From the human T2T-CHM13v2.0 reference genome, Homo sapiens: a DNA stretch of 64,000 bases. A model generated the notes under the pieces. It ran no database searches. It had not been told where the DNA came from and was given only the letters and a program-made list of their open reading frames with translations. The stretch is taken from NCBI RefSeq assembly GCF_009914755.1, contig NC_060933.1. One strand, written 5' to 3'. The position numbers and the translations under genes are program-made. Below, piece after piece: positions 34,366 to 52,467 of the stretch; positions within the stretch are counted from its first letter, which is position 1; each line of letters starts with the position of its first letter.

Positions 34366-36228
34366 TTAAGGCTTTTTTTTTGGCATAAAGTTCTGTTAGA
34401 ATTTTTTCTTTAGTTTTTCTATTACCTTCTTTCTTTGTATGGGCCTCAACCTTAAAATAGCCAACTCTAGAAAGTAGAGTGCCTTAACTTATTCATTTTC
34501 ATGGGGTTTCCAGCAGAGATGATGAATTTCTTTTTTTCCCCAAAGCATCCCAAATTCATGTAGTACTCTAAAAGCATACCTGCTCTATGTTTACTACATG
34601 GTCTTCAGCTAATTGACAAGCTCTAGTAAGTGTAATAAATTCCATTATATGGGTTGATTTTACCTCAGATAGAAAATATATTCTAAAGTAGAGCTTAAAT
34701 TAGTGATAATTTTCAATATCAGTTTTGAGGTATGATCCATCAATGAATAACATTGAATCAGAGTTCACAATGAGAGTCAGTCTCTCATCAATCTGAGTGA
34801 GGTACAGAAACTCCCCTAACTGACTTATAACCATCATGAGGTTCCCTTCTTCTGGCAGGGGGAGAAGAGTGGCAGTTTAAGGAATTGCATCAGTGAATAG
34901 TAAAGCGAGAGAGAGGGAGTAAAACTCTCATAAGAAGTTGATCAGCTGGTTGGAAAGTATTGCATGCTCTTTGTCAGTGGTTATGTCTACACTGGCCAGG
35001 GAATCATGATGTGAGGTGGGGAGCCTAGAAATAGTTTAAAAGAAGCATCAACAAATGTTGCAGTGGAAGCTGTTGCCTTAAGACAAGGGCTATAAGCCTT
35101 TGCAGCTGGGTCAAGGGTAAGGCTATGGAAAATGATGAATTTTTGATGGTTTCCATGACATTGAGTTAAAAACAAAAAAGCTTGTACAAGTTGTCCACGC
35201 ACAATTAGACAAAATGGCATATTGTAGTCAGGGGTGCCTAATTATGAAAGGGAGTGCCTAACTACCAAAGGAAGAGGCTACTGGAGAGCCTTCTTGAGTT
35301 ACAGAATTTATATTTGGGCCCCCACAAAAGACAGTTTCTTACTAAGGACTCGGCCAATTCATAAAAAGAGATTGCAAGCTCAGAAAAATTTCGCAGCCAT
35401 TGTCTACAATATCCAGTTAAATCTAGAAATCCTCTCAATTGTCATTTTGCGAGGCATCGAGGTGAAGTTTCGATAGTGTTCTGCCTACCAATAGAGACAA
35501 AATAATTTCACCCTCTTAAGATAACTTATGCCCTAAATACTAGCCTGTCTTTTGACAAAATTATAATTTATCTTTTGAAACATTATGTTCTTTTTCTGCT
35601 ATGGCTGAGAGCAAGTATTTACTTGCTCTCACCTTCTCACCAGCTTCCTCGTTCTCTGAAGAAAGCAGTGGAGATCATCTGATCCTGCATATATTGCATC
35701 AAAACCGAATCACAAGTGAAATTTAGATCTTTAAGTCTTGATTGAGGACTTGTGGAAAGTAAGAGGGGGCTTTAGTGAGCCCCTGGGGTATGACTATCGG
35801 GGTATATTTGTTGTCCTCTCCAGATGAAGGCAAAGTCGTTGCCTGTTCTGGTTTGGAAGCACACTGAAAAATGCACAGTAAAGATTCAATATGGTGAAGC
35901 AAGTGGTTTTGGGCAGAATTGATGACAGTATAGGTACTACTAGGAAGCAAAGCAAAACAATTTTGTTGATCTTTCCTGAGGTCATGAAAAAAGTGTACCA
36001 GCAGAACAAGTGTGGTGTATGGGCTATTGCAGCGTATGAGAAAGTCTTTGGTTATAAGGTCGTCAACTACAGTTTTGAAGCCTTCCTTTGCTTCTGGTTT
36101 TTCAAGGAATATCAGGGAAGTTTGACCATGGTTTACTAGGATACTTCTGAACTTGACTAGGTTCTGCTCCAGTAATTTCCCATATAAATGGATTTTTTTA
36201 GTTTGTAGAGTGTTAGGTAGAGTGTTGA

Positions 36229-36658
<430 letters not shown>

Positions 36659-36873
36659 TAATTCTATTTGAAAATTAAGTTACTCCCCATTAAATTTGCA
36701 AGAGTGTTATAATAGAGCAAGGAGAAATGTTTTTAAGTCAAGTACCCAAAGGTTGTAGTTACAGTAGGAGATAGAAGGAATCTGTGGGTTATTTGAGATA
36801 CCTGCTACTTGCTTCCTATGAGGAAAATGTTGAGCAAAATTGCCAGGGTTTAATGTAGAAAGAGTTAGTGCCT

Positions 36874-37195
36874 GGCTGGGCATGGTGGCTCACACCTGTA
36901 ATCCCAGCACTTTGGGGGGCCAAGGCAGGCAGATCACCTGAGGTCAGGAGTTCTAGAGCAGCCTGACCAACATGGCAAAACCCCATCTCTACTAAAAATA
37001 CAAAAAAAAAAAAAAAAAAAAAAGCAGGGTATCATGATGCATGCCTGTAGTCCCAGTTACTCAGGAGGCTGAGGCAGGAGAATCGCTTGAACCCAGGAAG
37101 CGGTTGCAGTGAACCGAGATTGTGCCAATGCACTGCAGCCTCAGTGACAGAGTAAGACTCTGTCTCAAAACAAAAAAAGAAAGAAAGAAAAGAAA
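36874..37195 (+). mobile_element. Alu (S-type)
   Basis: Dimer with A-expanded linker. Confidence 0.9.
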
Positions 37196-38731
37196 GAGTA
37201 GCGCCCATATTGCCAGGAATTGCTGAGGTTGGCCACCTATATTTATGGTTAATTCACCTTGAATGTTAAATTTTAAATCAGGATATTGGGTACCTTCATT
37301 GATCTAAATTAAGGGGTCTTTTGGTCTTATTTTTACTGGAAAATCATTTTTCAGGTGTCCCTTCTGTTTTCAATATCTGCAGGTGTCCTCTTCTATGGGT
37401 CGTCCACTCAACTGTTTGATCTGTAGGGCCGTAAGGTTATTCTGGATCCTGTCTTGTTATTGTCCTAGGGCTCTGCAAAAATGTCAGCCAGGTGTTGAAG
37501 TTCAGGTAAAGTGGCTATTTCCCATTCTAATTTTGATCTAATTATTGTCTCCAATTTCAGGTTTAATTCCATTAACAAAGTAGGTAAAAGAGCCATTATT
37601 ACACTTACACTTCTTTAACACTCAAATGTTGTTGAAAGGGGTTTTCTAGTTTATTCTGAAAATCTCCTATAATTTCTTCTTTTCTTTATTTACATGATTA
37701 AATTGTGGTCCATTTTATTTTTACTAGAAATGTTTCAAGTAAGGCTTTTAGGATACATTGCCCTACTTTTTGAGCCTCTTTTTGGCCCTCAGGCTTACTG
37801 TGGAAAGAAAGATGCTGTAGATCTCTGTCCTGGTGAATCCAACTGGCTTTTGCCATCAGGATTTAATGTCTGAGGATCTACAAACATAAATACAAGTTGA
37901 TATAGTTCAGGTAACCCTGAGTTGTGTACAACTAAAAGAATTTAGAATTCTGAACTCCTTTGGGAAATGCTTAGTCATAGCTTTTAATTCAGCTCGTGTT
38001 CAAGGTTTAAATTCTACTGCTGCTTGCGTATTTGGGTCATTGAAGAGATGGAACTTTAGAGGTAAATGACATTCCGGGATCTTAGGAGAGTCACTGGGAG
38101 AAGGTAGGGGGTCTGGAAGAAGAGGGAGGAGTCAATGAGGTGTGAAAGGAGGATGGGGGGATGAGGAAGAGTTGCAGAGCTGAAGTCAACTGGAGGAGAA
38201 GCTGGGGGAAGATTTGCTGGGCAAATGAGTTAGTTTGTTGTTAAGTTTGTCATACTGTTCATTAGCTCTGGCCAAAAAATATTTTAGCAGAGTAATGTCT
38301 GAATCAGAATTTCATTTGAAAACTTGTGTACCAATCAAAAACTGCTGCCCATTGCCCCTGAGAAATATTCTCTCTTTTCTAAGGTGTTTTTCAAATGAAC
38401 AATTTTGTTCAAGTCCAATGTTCTCCAGATTAGCCACTGAAGGCCTAAATTATCCTTGGTATAGAGATGGGTGCAAGTGCTAGGATTGTAGCAAGGGTAC
38501 GTATAAGAAATGGGAGGTTTTTCTGGAGGAAAAAAAGGAAAAGAGGATTTACACTCAGAAAATTCCATGGGAGCTGGCAATGGTCAGTTGAAAGTAATAT
38601 TTGTGCACTTTATGTCTTAGGCCCCCAACCTGATAGTTGGCAACCTCCAAATGCAGACTTGACAACTTGTGCCCACAGGCAAATGGAAAACCAGAATATT
38701 CCCTCTGCATCAAATCCAACCTCTCAGGGCC

Positions 38732-38762
<31 letters not shown>

Positions 38763-39124
38763 TGAAGAACCTTATCCCATTTTATTGGTGACTGACAGGA
38801 AAGTTTAGGAAAGTTTGTCCAGATGGATGCTGGTTTGGTAAGAATTGCAGCTCATCAGTTGTGGAGCAAGCTGAGACACTCTTAGAGGAGCAAAGCCTGT
38901 GTTCTGCACTGATTCTCCTTCTGATAACAGACAACACTTTAGACATATCTCATAAAACAGAAGCACAAAAGAGAACAAAAAGGAATGAAAAGAAATGGCA
39001 GTATTTTTCCAAGGGTGCCAAACAAATGGGAATTGGTAGCAAAAGCTGAGTACCAAGCTGATAGTCAATAACCAAGGATCTCAATACAAAGAGAACAGAG
39101 TTGAAGCCCAACTCTGTTCTCTCA

Positions 39125-39630
<506 letters not shown>

Positions 39631-41484
39631 CTATTTATTTCTTGCTTGCTAGAGAAAGGGAGGCAGTCACTATCATTTATGTTTGACAGAGACTCAGGCT
39701 GGGAGAATGGGAAAGCTTTATAGTGAAAAGGGGCAAGGCTTTGGGGTAGGAGGCTATGGGCATGGAGAGGCGCAGGTAGGCTAAAGAGAAGCAAGGCATC
39801 TGATGGGATAGGTTTGGAGAGAGTATTTGGCTTTCTTTAATTAGTACTAAACTAGAAGCAGGGGCAATCTTAGAGAAGTTGGCAGTCATTGACCAACCTC
39901 TGATTGTTTTCGGCAAATTGCTACTGAATTTGTGGCTTGCATTCCTGAACTGGCTGCTGCAGAGATTGTGGTTTGCCTTCCCAAGCTGGTTGCTGCAGTG
40001 GTTGTGGGTCAGAGTTCCATTGTCGTACGTGGTTTGGCCACTGTCTGTTTTAATATTCAGTCTCTATTACTAAAAGGTATACAAATGGCTAGGCTTCTCA
40101 CTTCAGTTCTTCATGTACAAGCTCCTTTTAGAGGTTTCTGCACTAAACTATTGTAAAAAAAAAAAAGAAAAAAAAAGGCCAACTCCATTTATCCAATGTC
40201 AACCTTGACGTTAAGAATGATGAATGTGGCAGCTGTTTCCTTCTGTTATTGATCTTTTTACTGACCCTTCCCATTGTGCTTTGTCAATGACTGAGTATCT
40301 TCCCTGGACCGCTCTTATCTGAAGTCGTCCTCATCTCTCAGGGATTTTCAGCACCGTCTGTCAGCCAGGCACTGTGACTCTGTCGTCAGTGACCATTTTT
40401 ATTGACTTTTGTCTCTTTCTGGCCTTTCCATGGTGCCTTGGCCTTAAATGTCCTACTAATTAGCTCAGTGGTGATTACAGTGCTGGTTTTGAGAGCACCC
40501 TGTTGTTTTTTTCTTATCTAGGAGAATTTTTTTTCTCTCTTTATCTGGAAATATTACTTTGCTGGCTATGCTGACTTAGGTCATTGACATCAGATCAGTG
40601 TTCTAAATCTGATCCTAGTAATCCCATCTACAATCTTCCCACACAAGCCAAGGGAAGAGACACACTTGATTAAAAACCTTGCACTCTCTTTCCTATTTGG
40701 CTATTTTTTCTCCTCTTGGAGAAAGAGTTTCCCCAAAATACTATATGAAGTGTTATTTTGTAAGCCTACTTAACTTAGTTTTATATACTGTGCACAAACT
40801 TTACATATAATTTGAATAGGCTCAGTTTTTTGTTACTTTTTTTTAGTTTTTCACTGAATTTTATATGACAGACTAAGCTAAATAATTTGTTATAGTTAGA
40901 AGACTGTTTTCTCATTTACATACCAAAATCTACCGAAATGAATTTATTACACTTAAGAATTTTTGTTAATTACCATTACCACTTCTGTAAAATAAAATAA
41001 ATCTGTAAGAATTTTATGAGCAAAGCTTTTTCAAGTCTACTATTTAGTTTAGCAATTATTCTAAATATCAATCTCAAAATTAGAGTAAGGGATTTCCCCT
41101 TTTAGGAAAAGATATCAATAATTATATAGTAAAAATTTAAAATTAAGATACAGACATTTATTCCGTGTTGGATCCCAAATATCTCATTAGAGAATGATCT
41201 TCTCTCATTGTCTGCTATTTTCTAAAATACAGGAAGATATAAAGTATAAATCTGATTTTTTTTCTACCAGAAGTTAAAGAACATAGAATATATTTGGTAT
41301 GATTAATTGGGAGTTTGTATTTCCTCTGCAATCTAGAAATATTATTATTTTAAATATCTGCAATATTATTTATTTTAAAAGTTTTTAGTTTGAAAAGACA
41401 TTTCTGAAAGCCCCAAATCTGTGAGCATGTGCTACTACAAAATTTTTAATTGTAAGCAATTGAGAGAGAAAAGTCCTCGAATTT

Positions 41485-41799
41485 GGCCAAGCGCGGTGGC
41501 TCACGCCTGTAATCCCAGCACTTTGGGAGGCTGAGGTGAGCGGATCACGAGGTCAGGAGATCGAGACCATCCTGGCTAACAGGATGAAACTCCGTCTCTA
41601 CTGAAAATACAAAAAATTGGCCAGGTGTGGTGGTGGGCACCTGTAGTCCCGCTACTCAGGAGGCTGAGGCAGGAGAATGGCATGAGCCCGGTAGGCAGAG
41701 CTTGCAGTGAGCCGAGATCGCGCCACCGCACTCCAGCCTAGGTGACAGAGCGAGACTCCATCTCAAAAATGAATAAATAAATAAATAAATAAATAAATA
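41485..41799 (+). mobile_element. AluY-like
   Basis: (TAAA)n tail; TSD aaaagtcct(c/t)gaattt. Confidence 0.93.
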
Positions 41800-43140
41800 A
41801 AAGTCCTTGAATTTATGCAAATGACATAGCAATCACTTCAACTCTTAAATAATCTAACCATCATGAGATAAGAGAATGGATTTTTTTCTACTCGTTTGTA
41901 TCTTGTCTTTTTGAAAGAGACTACTTGTTAATAATATGCTTCTGACAAAACAAAAACTAAGGAAAGTGTATGATACAGGCCTGAGTCTCTCTCCTCAAGT
42001 TCACGTTTTAAAAATAAAGCATAATCAGGGATAATGTAGCCTCTACTTGTAAAGGAAGGCTGGCTTTATGTATTAATGAAATAGGCAGCTTCTTACACAA
42101 TGTGATTTCAACAGAGCCAGGAAGTATGTCTTATCTCTAAATAACTCCCTAAATAACTCCTTCTAACACCAATATCTGAAATGTTGTGACTGATTTCTTT
42201 CTGTCCTGCCCTGAAGTTCTTTCCTGACTGCAAAGAACAGCACGTTTTGAATGTTTCAAACTGTCATACATGTTCTCTCCAGAAGAGTGGAGTGATGCCC
42301 CACCAGACATTCTAAGTCACAGGATAACGTGACATATTTCATGATTGTCAGTTTTACCATGTGGCAAGTAGTTAAAAAGATGAAGTTTATAGTTCCAAGA
42401 ACACAAACTATGTTATGGAATAGGACGAAACACAAGGAGTAAAGTAGTCCCTTGTTTTTGCTTTAGGTTACTCACCTTGCTATCCGTAATTGTATTCACT
42501 GAAGTATTGAGGAACACATTAACGTTGGTTTCAGATTTGTTGACTTTAAGTTCTACATCTGAAGTATGTTGGCACTTTGACCTTGCATAATTCAAAGTCA
42601 TGTCTCTGCACCACTGTTTCATTCTATATAAAGTGATTGACAATAATAGTTTTCCCACCAAAGTTGGACTTCCATTTCTGTCAATTGGCCAAACTGGGTT
42701 TCCTAAAAAGCCTTGTAGCTCTACAAAATATCAGAAAATTATATCAAGTCTACTTTTAAGTAAATGTGAAGCTCTCAAGGAAGCCCTGATGGCAATCCAG
42801 AAATAGATAAAAGCAGTACAGGAGCTAGAGTTGCCTGGGGAACAGAAACTGACCTGGGTTACCCAGAGTTTGGGGTATTAACAACTACTCAGGGGAAAGT
42901 AAAAGTAGGCCTTGGACACATAAAATGTTGGGAAGGCTGAGCCAGACTTCTTGCACATAGCCGAGTCACAATAGGCTAAGAACATGAATTTAGGAAAGAA
43001 AGCAAAAAAATCTACAAGCAGTATGAAAAAAAAAAATCTCCAACACCTTGATACATTTTAATGAATCATCAGATGACAAAGAAAAATACAAATTCTTGAA
43101 AGTGCCAGAGACAAATCAGAGATTCCTAGAGTGAAAAGAA

Positions 43141-44266
43141 TGTCCACCTTTTAATGGGGTTGTTTGTTTTTTTATTGTAAATTTGTTTAAGTTCCCTGTA
43201 GATGCTGGATATTAGACCTTTGTCAGATGGATAGATTGCAAAATTTTTCTCCCATTCTGTAGCTTGTCTGTTCACTCTGATGACAGTTTCTTTTGTTGTA
43301 CAGAAGCTCTTTAGTTTAATTAGATCCCATTTGTCAATTTTTGCTTTTGTTGCAATTGCTTTTGGCATCTTCATCATGAAATATTTGCCCATACCTGTGT
43401 CCTGAATGGTATTGACTAGGTTTTCTTTTAGGTTTTTTATAATTTTGGGTTATACATTTAAGTCTTTAACCCATCTTGTGTTGATTTTTCTATATGGTCC
43501 ATTTTCTGCATATGGCTAGCCAGAGTTCTCCCAACACCATTTATTAAATAGGGAATCCTTTCCCCATTGCTTGTTTTTGTCAGGTTTGTTGAAGATTAGA
43601 TGGCTATAAGTCTGTGGTCTTAGTTCTGGGTTATCGTTTCTGTTCCCTTGGTCTATGTGTCTGTTCTTGTACCAGTACCATGCTGTTTTGGTTACTGTAG
43701 CCTTATAGTATAGTTTGAAGTCAGGTAGTGTGATGCCTCCAGCTTTGTGTTTTTCGCTCAGGATTGTTGTGGCTATCTGGGCTTTTTTTTTTTTTTTTTT
43801 GGTTCTATGTGAATTTTAAAATAGTTTTTTTTAATTCTGTGAAGAATATCAATGATAGTTTAATGGGAATAACATTGAATCTATAAATTGTTTTAGACAG
43901 TATGGCCATTTTCATGATATTGTTTTTTTCTTATCCATGGGCATGAAATGTTTTTTCATTTTTTGGTGTCATCTCTGATTTCTTTGAGCAATGTTTTGTA
44001 GTTCTCTTTGTAGAGGTCTTTCAGCTCCCTGATTAGCTGTATTCCTAGGTATTTTATTCTTTTGTGGCAATTGTGAATGGGAGTTCATTCGTGATTTGGC
44101 TCTTGGCTTGCCTGTTGTTGGTATATAGGAATGCTAGTAATTTTTGCACATCGATTTTGTATCCTGAGACTTCGCTGAAGTTGCTTGTCAGCTTAAGAAG
44201 CTTTTGGGCTGAGATGATGGCATTTTCTAGATATAGGATTATGTCATCTGCAAACAGAAATAGTTT
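43141..44266 (-). mobile_element. L1P ORF2 internal segment
   Basis: [14 protein letters not shown] (RT FADD motif) and [32 protein letters not shown]. Confidence 0.92.
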
Positions 44267-44355
44267 CCCAAGAAGGGAGTTAAAACAGGAACATCTCACA
44301 GCCATTACAGAAATTGAAGTATTTATGTATCTCAATTAAAACCAAACCATCATAA

Positions 44356-44674
<319 letters not shown>

Positions 44675-45170
44675 GAAAGATATCATTTTTAATGCCTGCT
44701 AAAATATTCCACTGTATGGATATACCAAAACTTACTCCTTGACTTAGTAATTAAATGTATTTATATTCTGTCTTGAGTTTGCCTCCCATGTTTCAAATAT
44801 ACTAGTCTTCTCAGTTACATTGCCAAGGCCATTATTTATATTTTGATGGTATTCTCAGCACCAGCTGCTGTGATCATTGAAATGTATTCTTGACCTTAGA
44901 TGCTCACTGCACACTTGACAGATTGAGAACTGACTAGAGGTGCTTGTTAGTATCTGTATCTCAGTGGCTGGGGACAGCTGGACTCAGCTTATGTGACTCA
45001 TGCAAAGTCAGATGATCAGTCATAGAGGGAACTTGGAACTTAAAAGTGTAAACTGGAACTTACGCTTTTAAAAATTATTCTATCTCACATAGTGAGAAAT
45101 CTTTATGACTCTTTAGTCTACAAAAGGGATCAGTGAACAGTTTCTGTAAGGTGACAGATGATATGGTATA

Positions 45171-45678
45171 GAGTAGTTCCCCTTATCCATGGTTTCACTT
45201 TCTGTGGTTTCAGTTAAATGTGGTCAACTGTGGTCTGGAAATATTAAATGGAAAATTCTAGAAATAATGTATACGTTTAGATTATACGCTGTTTTGAGTA
45301 GTGTCCCTCCTAGAACACGAATCACCACTTTGTCTAGCATATCCATGCCTTATACGCTACCTGCCCATTAGTCACTTAGTAGCCTTCTGAGTTATCAGAT
45401 TGACTGTTGAGGTATCACAATGCTGTGTTTAAGGAGCCCTCATTTTACTTAATAATGGCACCAAAGCACAAGAATAGTGATGCTGGCTTATTGTTAGAAT
45501 TGTTCTATGTTATTAGTAGCTATTGTTGTTAATCTCTTACCGTGCCTAATTTATAAACTTTATTATAAGTATATATGTAAAGGAAACACAATATGTATAG
45601 TGTCCTGTACTACTGAAGATTTCAGGTGTCCACTGAGGATCTTGGAAGGAATCCCCTGTGGATAAGGGTGCACCACTG
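45171..45678. mobile_element. MER44/Tigger-family DNA transposon inserted in a MER58-like fossil (~45122-45730)
   Basis: TIR-like ends gagtagttccccttatcc / ggataagggtgcaccactg flanked by TA. Confidence 0.75.
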
Positions 45679-45730
45679 TAAATATGTTCAGCTTTGAGGG
45701 CAACATAGTCTCTGTCACAACTGCTCTACC

Positions 45731-46215
45731 TGCAACAGCGCCAGACAAATCTGGCTAAACTTTAATCCAACAAAGTTATGAGTTGGTCTGAGCCCTCAGG
45801 CTGAAGGTCATGTAAACTGAGCATGCCCAGATGAACCAAGTATGCAACCACAAGGGGAACAGAAGTGCCCAGACCAAGGAGAAGACCAAGGAGCAGGGAC
45901 TGAATTAAGAAGCAGACGCAGTATGGAAGGATCCAGGATCCAATCAAATTGAGCTCTGGCATCAGCCCATTGTGGAATCGAATCAGATCATGCCTCCTGG
46001 CATCATCTCATTGCAGAATTCAATCAGATCACACCTCATTAGCCTATGCTTATAAAACCCGACCCAAACGTCAGCTGGGGGTGATATATTGGAGCACTTC
46101 CTCCTGTCTCCTTGCCAGTCCACTTGCAATGAAGCTTTTTTTTCCTCAAAAGCCAGTGCCATGGTCTTGGCCTCCATGTACATTAGGCAGCAAGCCCATT
46201 GTTTGCTCAGTAACA
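45731..46215 (+). mobile_element. MER4-group solo LTR (MER66-like)
   Basis: TG...CA ends, repeated ccaatcagat units, TATAAAA, ends gcccattgtttgctcagtaaca. Confidence 0.6.
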
Positions 46216-46622
46216 CCCTACCTTTGCATCCCTTTGTATCGTGAAAACAGCCACAGAGACAATGTAAATGACTTTTATCTCATTTAAATGAATTGTCAAC
46301 CTCAGCTAAATTACTACTTATCATATAAACAGAAAATGTAAATAAACTGATTATTTCTTTCCATCCATGTTTTTACTGTCTTCATGTATAGCATGTGTAG
46401 GATTTTGAAGTTAACTGTTTCTGAAAACTTACTTGCAAATTTTTCAACACTGCAAAAATTGCTTAAAATAATGAAGCCAAGAAAATTAAGCCAGGTTAAA
46501 AACATAAAAGAAGAAAAGGAAGGAGGGCAGGCAGGTAGGCATTTGTTAAAAGCTTCTTTCCCTCAGCATACTATTATTTGCGATTCAGCTGTCTTGTTGT
46601 GTTTATCAGTAAGTTGATTCTT

Positions 46623-48623
<2,001 letters not shown>

Positions 48624-51600
48624 GAGTCTAGGATCCAGAGAAGTAAACTGTATTAATGATGTGGTCATATCCATGCCAGAGCTTATTTGGAAATGCACAG
48701 AATTGATTCCAAGATGTTTTAATAATGCAATCTGGGGTTTGCATCTCAAAGTAATGATCCATCAAGGATGGTCTTTAGAGCTATTTTCTAACTCACATGC
48801 TTAGTGGAGACTCACATCAAAATGCCCTGTTAATAGCAATCAGTAGCTGGTAAACTGAAGCCTGATTCAATTTGTATCATTTCCCTGCAAATTCGTACTC
48901 CATTTCTGTGCTATCACCTGAAGACCACCCACCCAAAGCTATTAGTATACAATATGATGTGTAAGAGAGCTCCATGACTTCTCTGTGGAATAAATTATTT
49001 CACCATATTTTTTAAAACTATTTTTCATGTTTATACTCAGAGTAAATGAGCAATGTTACAACTATTCTTCTCTGTAAATTGTCACACCTTAAGTTCCTTA
49101 GGATGGCTCAACTCTTTCACTCTTCCAGCATGGGAAATAATTGTTTAATAAAAATAAAACATAACAATGGATTCATGATCCAAAGAAGACAAAATAGAAG
49201 ATTTTTTGTTTTCTATTTCTCTTGACTCCTCAGCTAATTGTACCACCACTAAACCTTTCTTTATCTCCCCCACCTCACAGGGTTAATCTCTAATGCTGCT
49301 CAACATTTTATATCTATGTGGAAACTACCATTTAACTAAATTTTGTTTGATGTGGAAAAAAAATCATTCTTTCAATATTTGATAATTTTGGATAGCTAAG
49401 CACTTTTGTTAGATTTTTATGTTCTTCAAGAGAAATAAAATAGAGGCAGTGGAAAGGATTACTTCTCAGTCCCCAGGGGTTGAATACTCACCCGGGGACT
49501 CAGTGCATTTGATTCCTGATACTCATTTAAGACCCCTTTTCATGCTTACTTACTAGGACTTCTTAAATTTGTCTTCTTCCAGGTGAAATAATTCAAAACA
49601 ACTCAAGAATGGAACTACTGATTCATTAATAAAGAACAGAAAATAAACAAGGGCAAAACTTGAGAACATCAATACACAAAAACACAAAGACTCACTTAAT
49701 TTTTATCTCAGATAAAAAAGGAAAGTAGTTTGCTGAATTTGCCTTTCTACTAAGAAGTCTTTGCTTTCACTTGGTTGGGAGGGTACTTAACATGAAGAAG
49801 CAGGAATTCCTGGAAAACAGGCCCCTTCTACCCTAACGTGTTTTCTGTGGGGCCGTTCAGTTATTGTCCCTAAGCAGAGGTAACTGGGAAATAGCCTTGG
49901 GCTGTAATTTTCCCATTTTACCTTAAGCAATATCATAACTAGCAACGTGTGACACCCAGGAGGTTTGTTTTCTAGATAACACTCTCTTTACAATATAAGG
50001 GCTCTTTGAGAGAGTTAATATAATAAATCCTCAGAGTAAAGTCTAGGATACTCTTTAGAAATTAAATATTACTTGAAACATATGAAAGCCATTCAGCAGG
50101 TGACAGAGCTATTTACAAATAGATTAAACATCTTTCAAGTAAATTATTATAACATTCATTAATGTTGTTAGTGTTTATGCACTAAAACATAGCCCAAAAT
50201 AACATATTTTATCCTCATATTGTAACATAATTTATGTTACACTTGAACAAAAATCCCTCAATGTGCAGCTGATTTTAAATCCATCATCAGTTCTACTAGT
50301 CAAAAGTGGAGAATCTTTTTGCATTTGTACCTCTGGTAGCCAAAGTAATGTATCTTCTCTCCATGTTTCTTTATCCATCCATTCATTAATGTGCTGTTTT
50401 CACATTGCTTCGTTTTGAAATTGTCCATGGCCCAGCTGAACCAAGCAGAAAGATTTCCCAGGCTGGTTGCATTGTATTTCACCTTCTGTTGTCAATTCCT
50501 TTGGTCTCGTAAGAATAAAATCCTTTGGTCTCATAAGAATAAAATGAGTTTTTTTTTCCTTTGAGCATGTAGAATATTTTTGGTTATTGTTCAAAAGTGA
50601 AGCCACAAATCAAAAAATGTTTTTCTTCTTTGTTTATTTGCTCCTCTAGCAATGTATATTTCATATATGTGAGTGCTTATGTCTAAATTTCAGGTCTACA
50701 TTCAGCACAGCATCTTCATGGACAGCTAATGAGATTGCAGATGGTGAAGCAGAACATGTGTGGTCATGGGATGAAACTACTCCAAATATCTTATTAAACC
50801 CTTACACTCCCCTCTCTCACAGGCCTCCTTTGCATAAACATTTTATATTACATTTTTATAAAGACATAGATAAATGAATACCTCCACTGTAATTTTTCTT
50901 AAAATTTAGCATGATTATCTCCTTTGAAGAATAGAATGGTCCTTTAATCAACCAATTAAAATTGTATAACCCACCGGAAGAATTCATATATTATGTTTAA
51001 TAATTAGTCACAAACCATATGTCTGGGACTATTTAATATTGACTTTAGCTCCATGTATATTATTTCCATCTACTTTTTTATTTTAGTAGGTTAACAGTAT
51101 GAGTATGAATATATGAATTTCTAAATGCAAAGAGATGTACTTTATTAAGCTTTGGATTGTCAAGGAGAGCAATGGTTAAATATGACTAAGGTCCATTTAT
51201 ATTTAACTCTGCTATTTTTTTCTGGAATTGACAGTATAGGTGAATGCATGCTGATATTGTACTTTCTCCTTTGAAATAATGAAGAAGCCAGACAAAAGGA
51301 TTATTGCTTGCAGAAGAGAATAGAAAAAAGCAAGAGAACCAGGGAAAGAAGGACCCAATCCACTTTCTCTAAAATTATTCTTGTTTGAGACAATGACTGA
51401 TTTCATGAGTATCTTCTTACCTCTCTCTGTCTTTTTATGGCATATTTTAAGGTTGATTTTTGAACTGCCTTTATAAATGTTTTCTAAGGTTTCAATGAAG
51501 GTAAATATGCCTTTGCAAACTATTTCTCAGGCTATGAACCATGAGTGTGTGGGTCAGTGAGTGGCAATGATGACATGCCACACTTGTGGAGAAATAAATG

Positions 51601-51699
51601 ATGAAAGGTTAAATGCTTTTTGCCTTAAATCAGGAAGAAGAGGTTGTTCACTTGTTTAGAATGAACTCTCTGAGTTTCTTTATCTGCTCAGCTTGTAGC

Positions 51700-51835
51700 C
51701 ATTGTTTCTGCAGCCACCAGAGACCCAGACAGAAGCGCAGCAGCAGGAGATCCACCTGCATGGGTCAGATTGCAGATGTGGCTTCAATAACATGACCACA
51801 GTGTGAAAGTTCCCTGGGGGGCACACAGCATGCTT

Positions 51836-51893
<58 letters not shown>

Positions 51894-52231
51894 GGTCAAT
51901 GCCTTTATTGGGTCCAGGGCATTATATAAACAGGGAGCTTTAAATTGATGGGCTTAAAGCAAGCAGGCACTAGTACTAGGAAGTCACATTGTGACTGAAA
52001 GTGTCTAAATGGTCTGTTTAGAGGAAGCAGCAGGAAAGCTGGGAGCCCAGCCTGCTACGAGACAGAGATGCCTCCAAGTTTTTATTTCTGGTCACCACCT
52101 GGAGCCATTTGGGGGGTATAGTACAGGAAACTGCATCAAGGGTGACTGAACCCTGCTTCTGGTTTGAGAAAGTTAAACACATATTTGAAAATGGATGCTA
52201 AGGCAACATAAAACTTTAAGCACTCACTGCA
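51700..52231 (-). mobile_element. ERV-L-class solo LTR (LTR47-like)
   Basis: Minus strand begins tgcagtgagtgcttaaagttttatgttgccttagcatccatttt; left boundary approximate. Confidence 0.6.
51841..51890. repeat. (AC)25 microsatellite
   Basis: Perfect dinucleotide run. Confidence 0.98.
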
Positions 52232-52239
52232 GCACATTT

Positions 52240-52467
52240 ACCTCTTTTATTTACCATTGTATTGGAGGTTCTAGCCAAGATAAGATAATTAAACGAAGAA
52301 TAAAGTAAAGGCATTCAGATTGGAAAGGAAGAGGTAAAATTAGCTCTACTTGCAGATGACATTACCTTTATATAGAAAACCCCAACAATGCCACTAAAAA
52401 AAATTATTGGAACTAATAAACAAGTTCAGCCTGACGGCAAGGTACAAGATCAATATACAAAAATTGT
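52240..52467 (+). mobile_element. L1M ORF2 fragment
   Basis: GIQIGKEEVKLALLADD-like RT segment. Confidence 0.8.
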
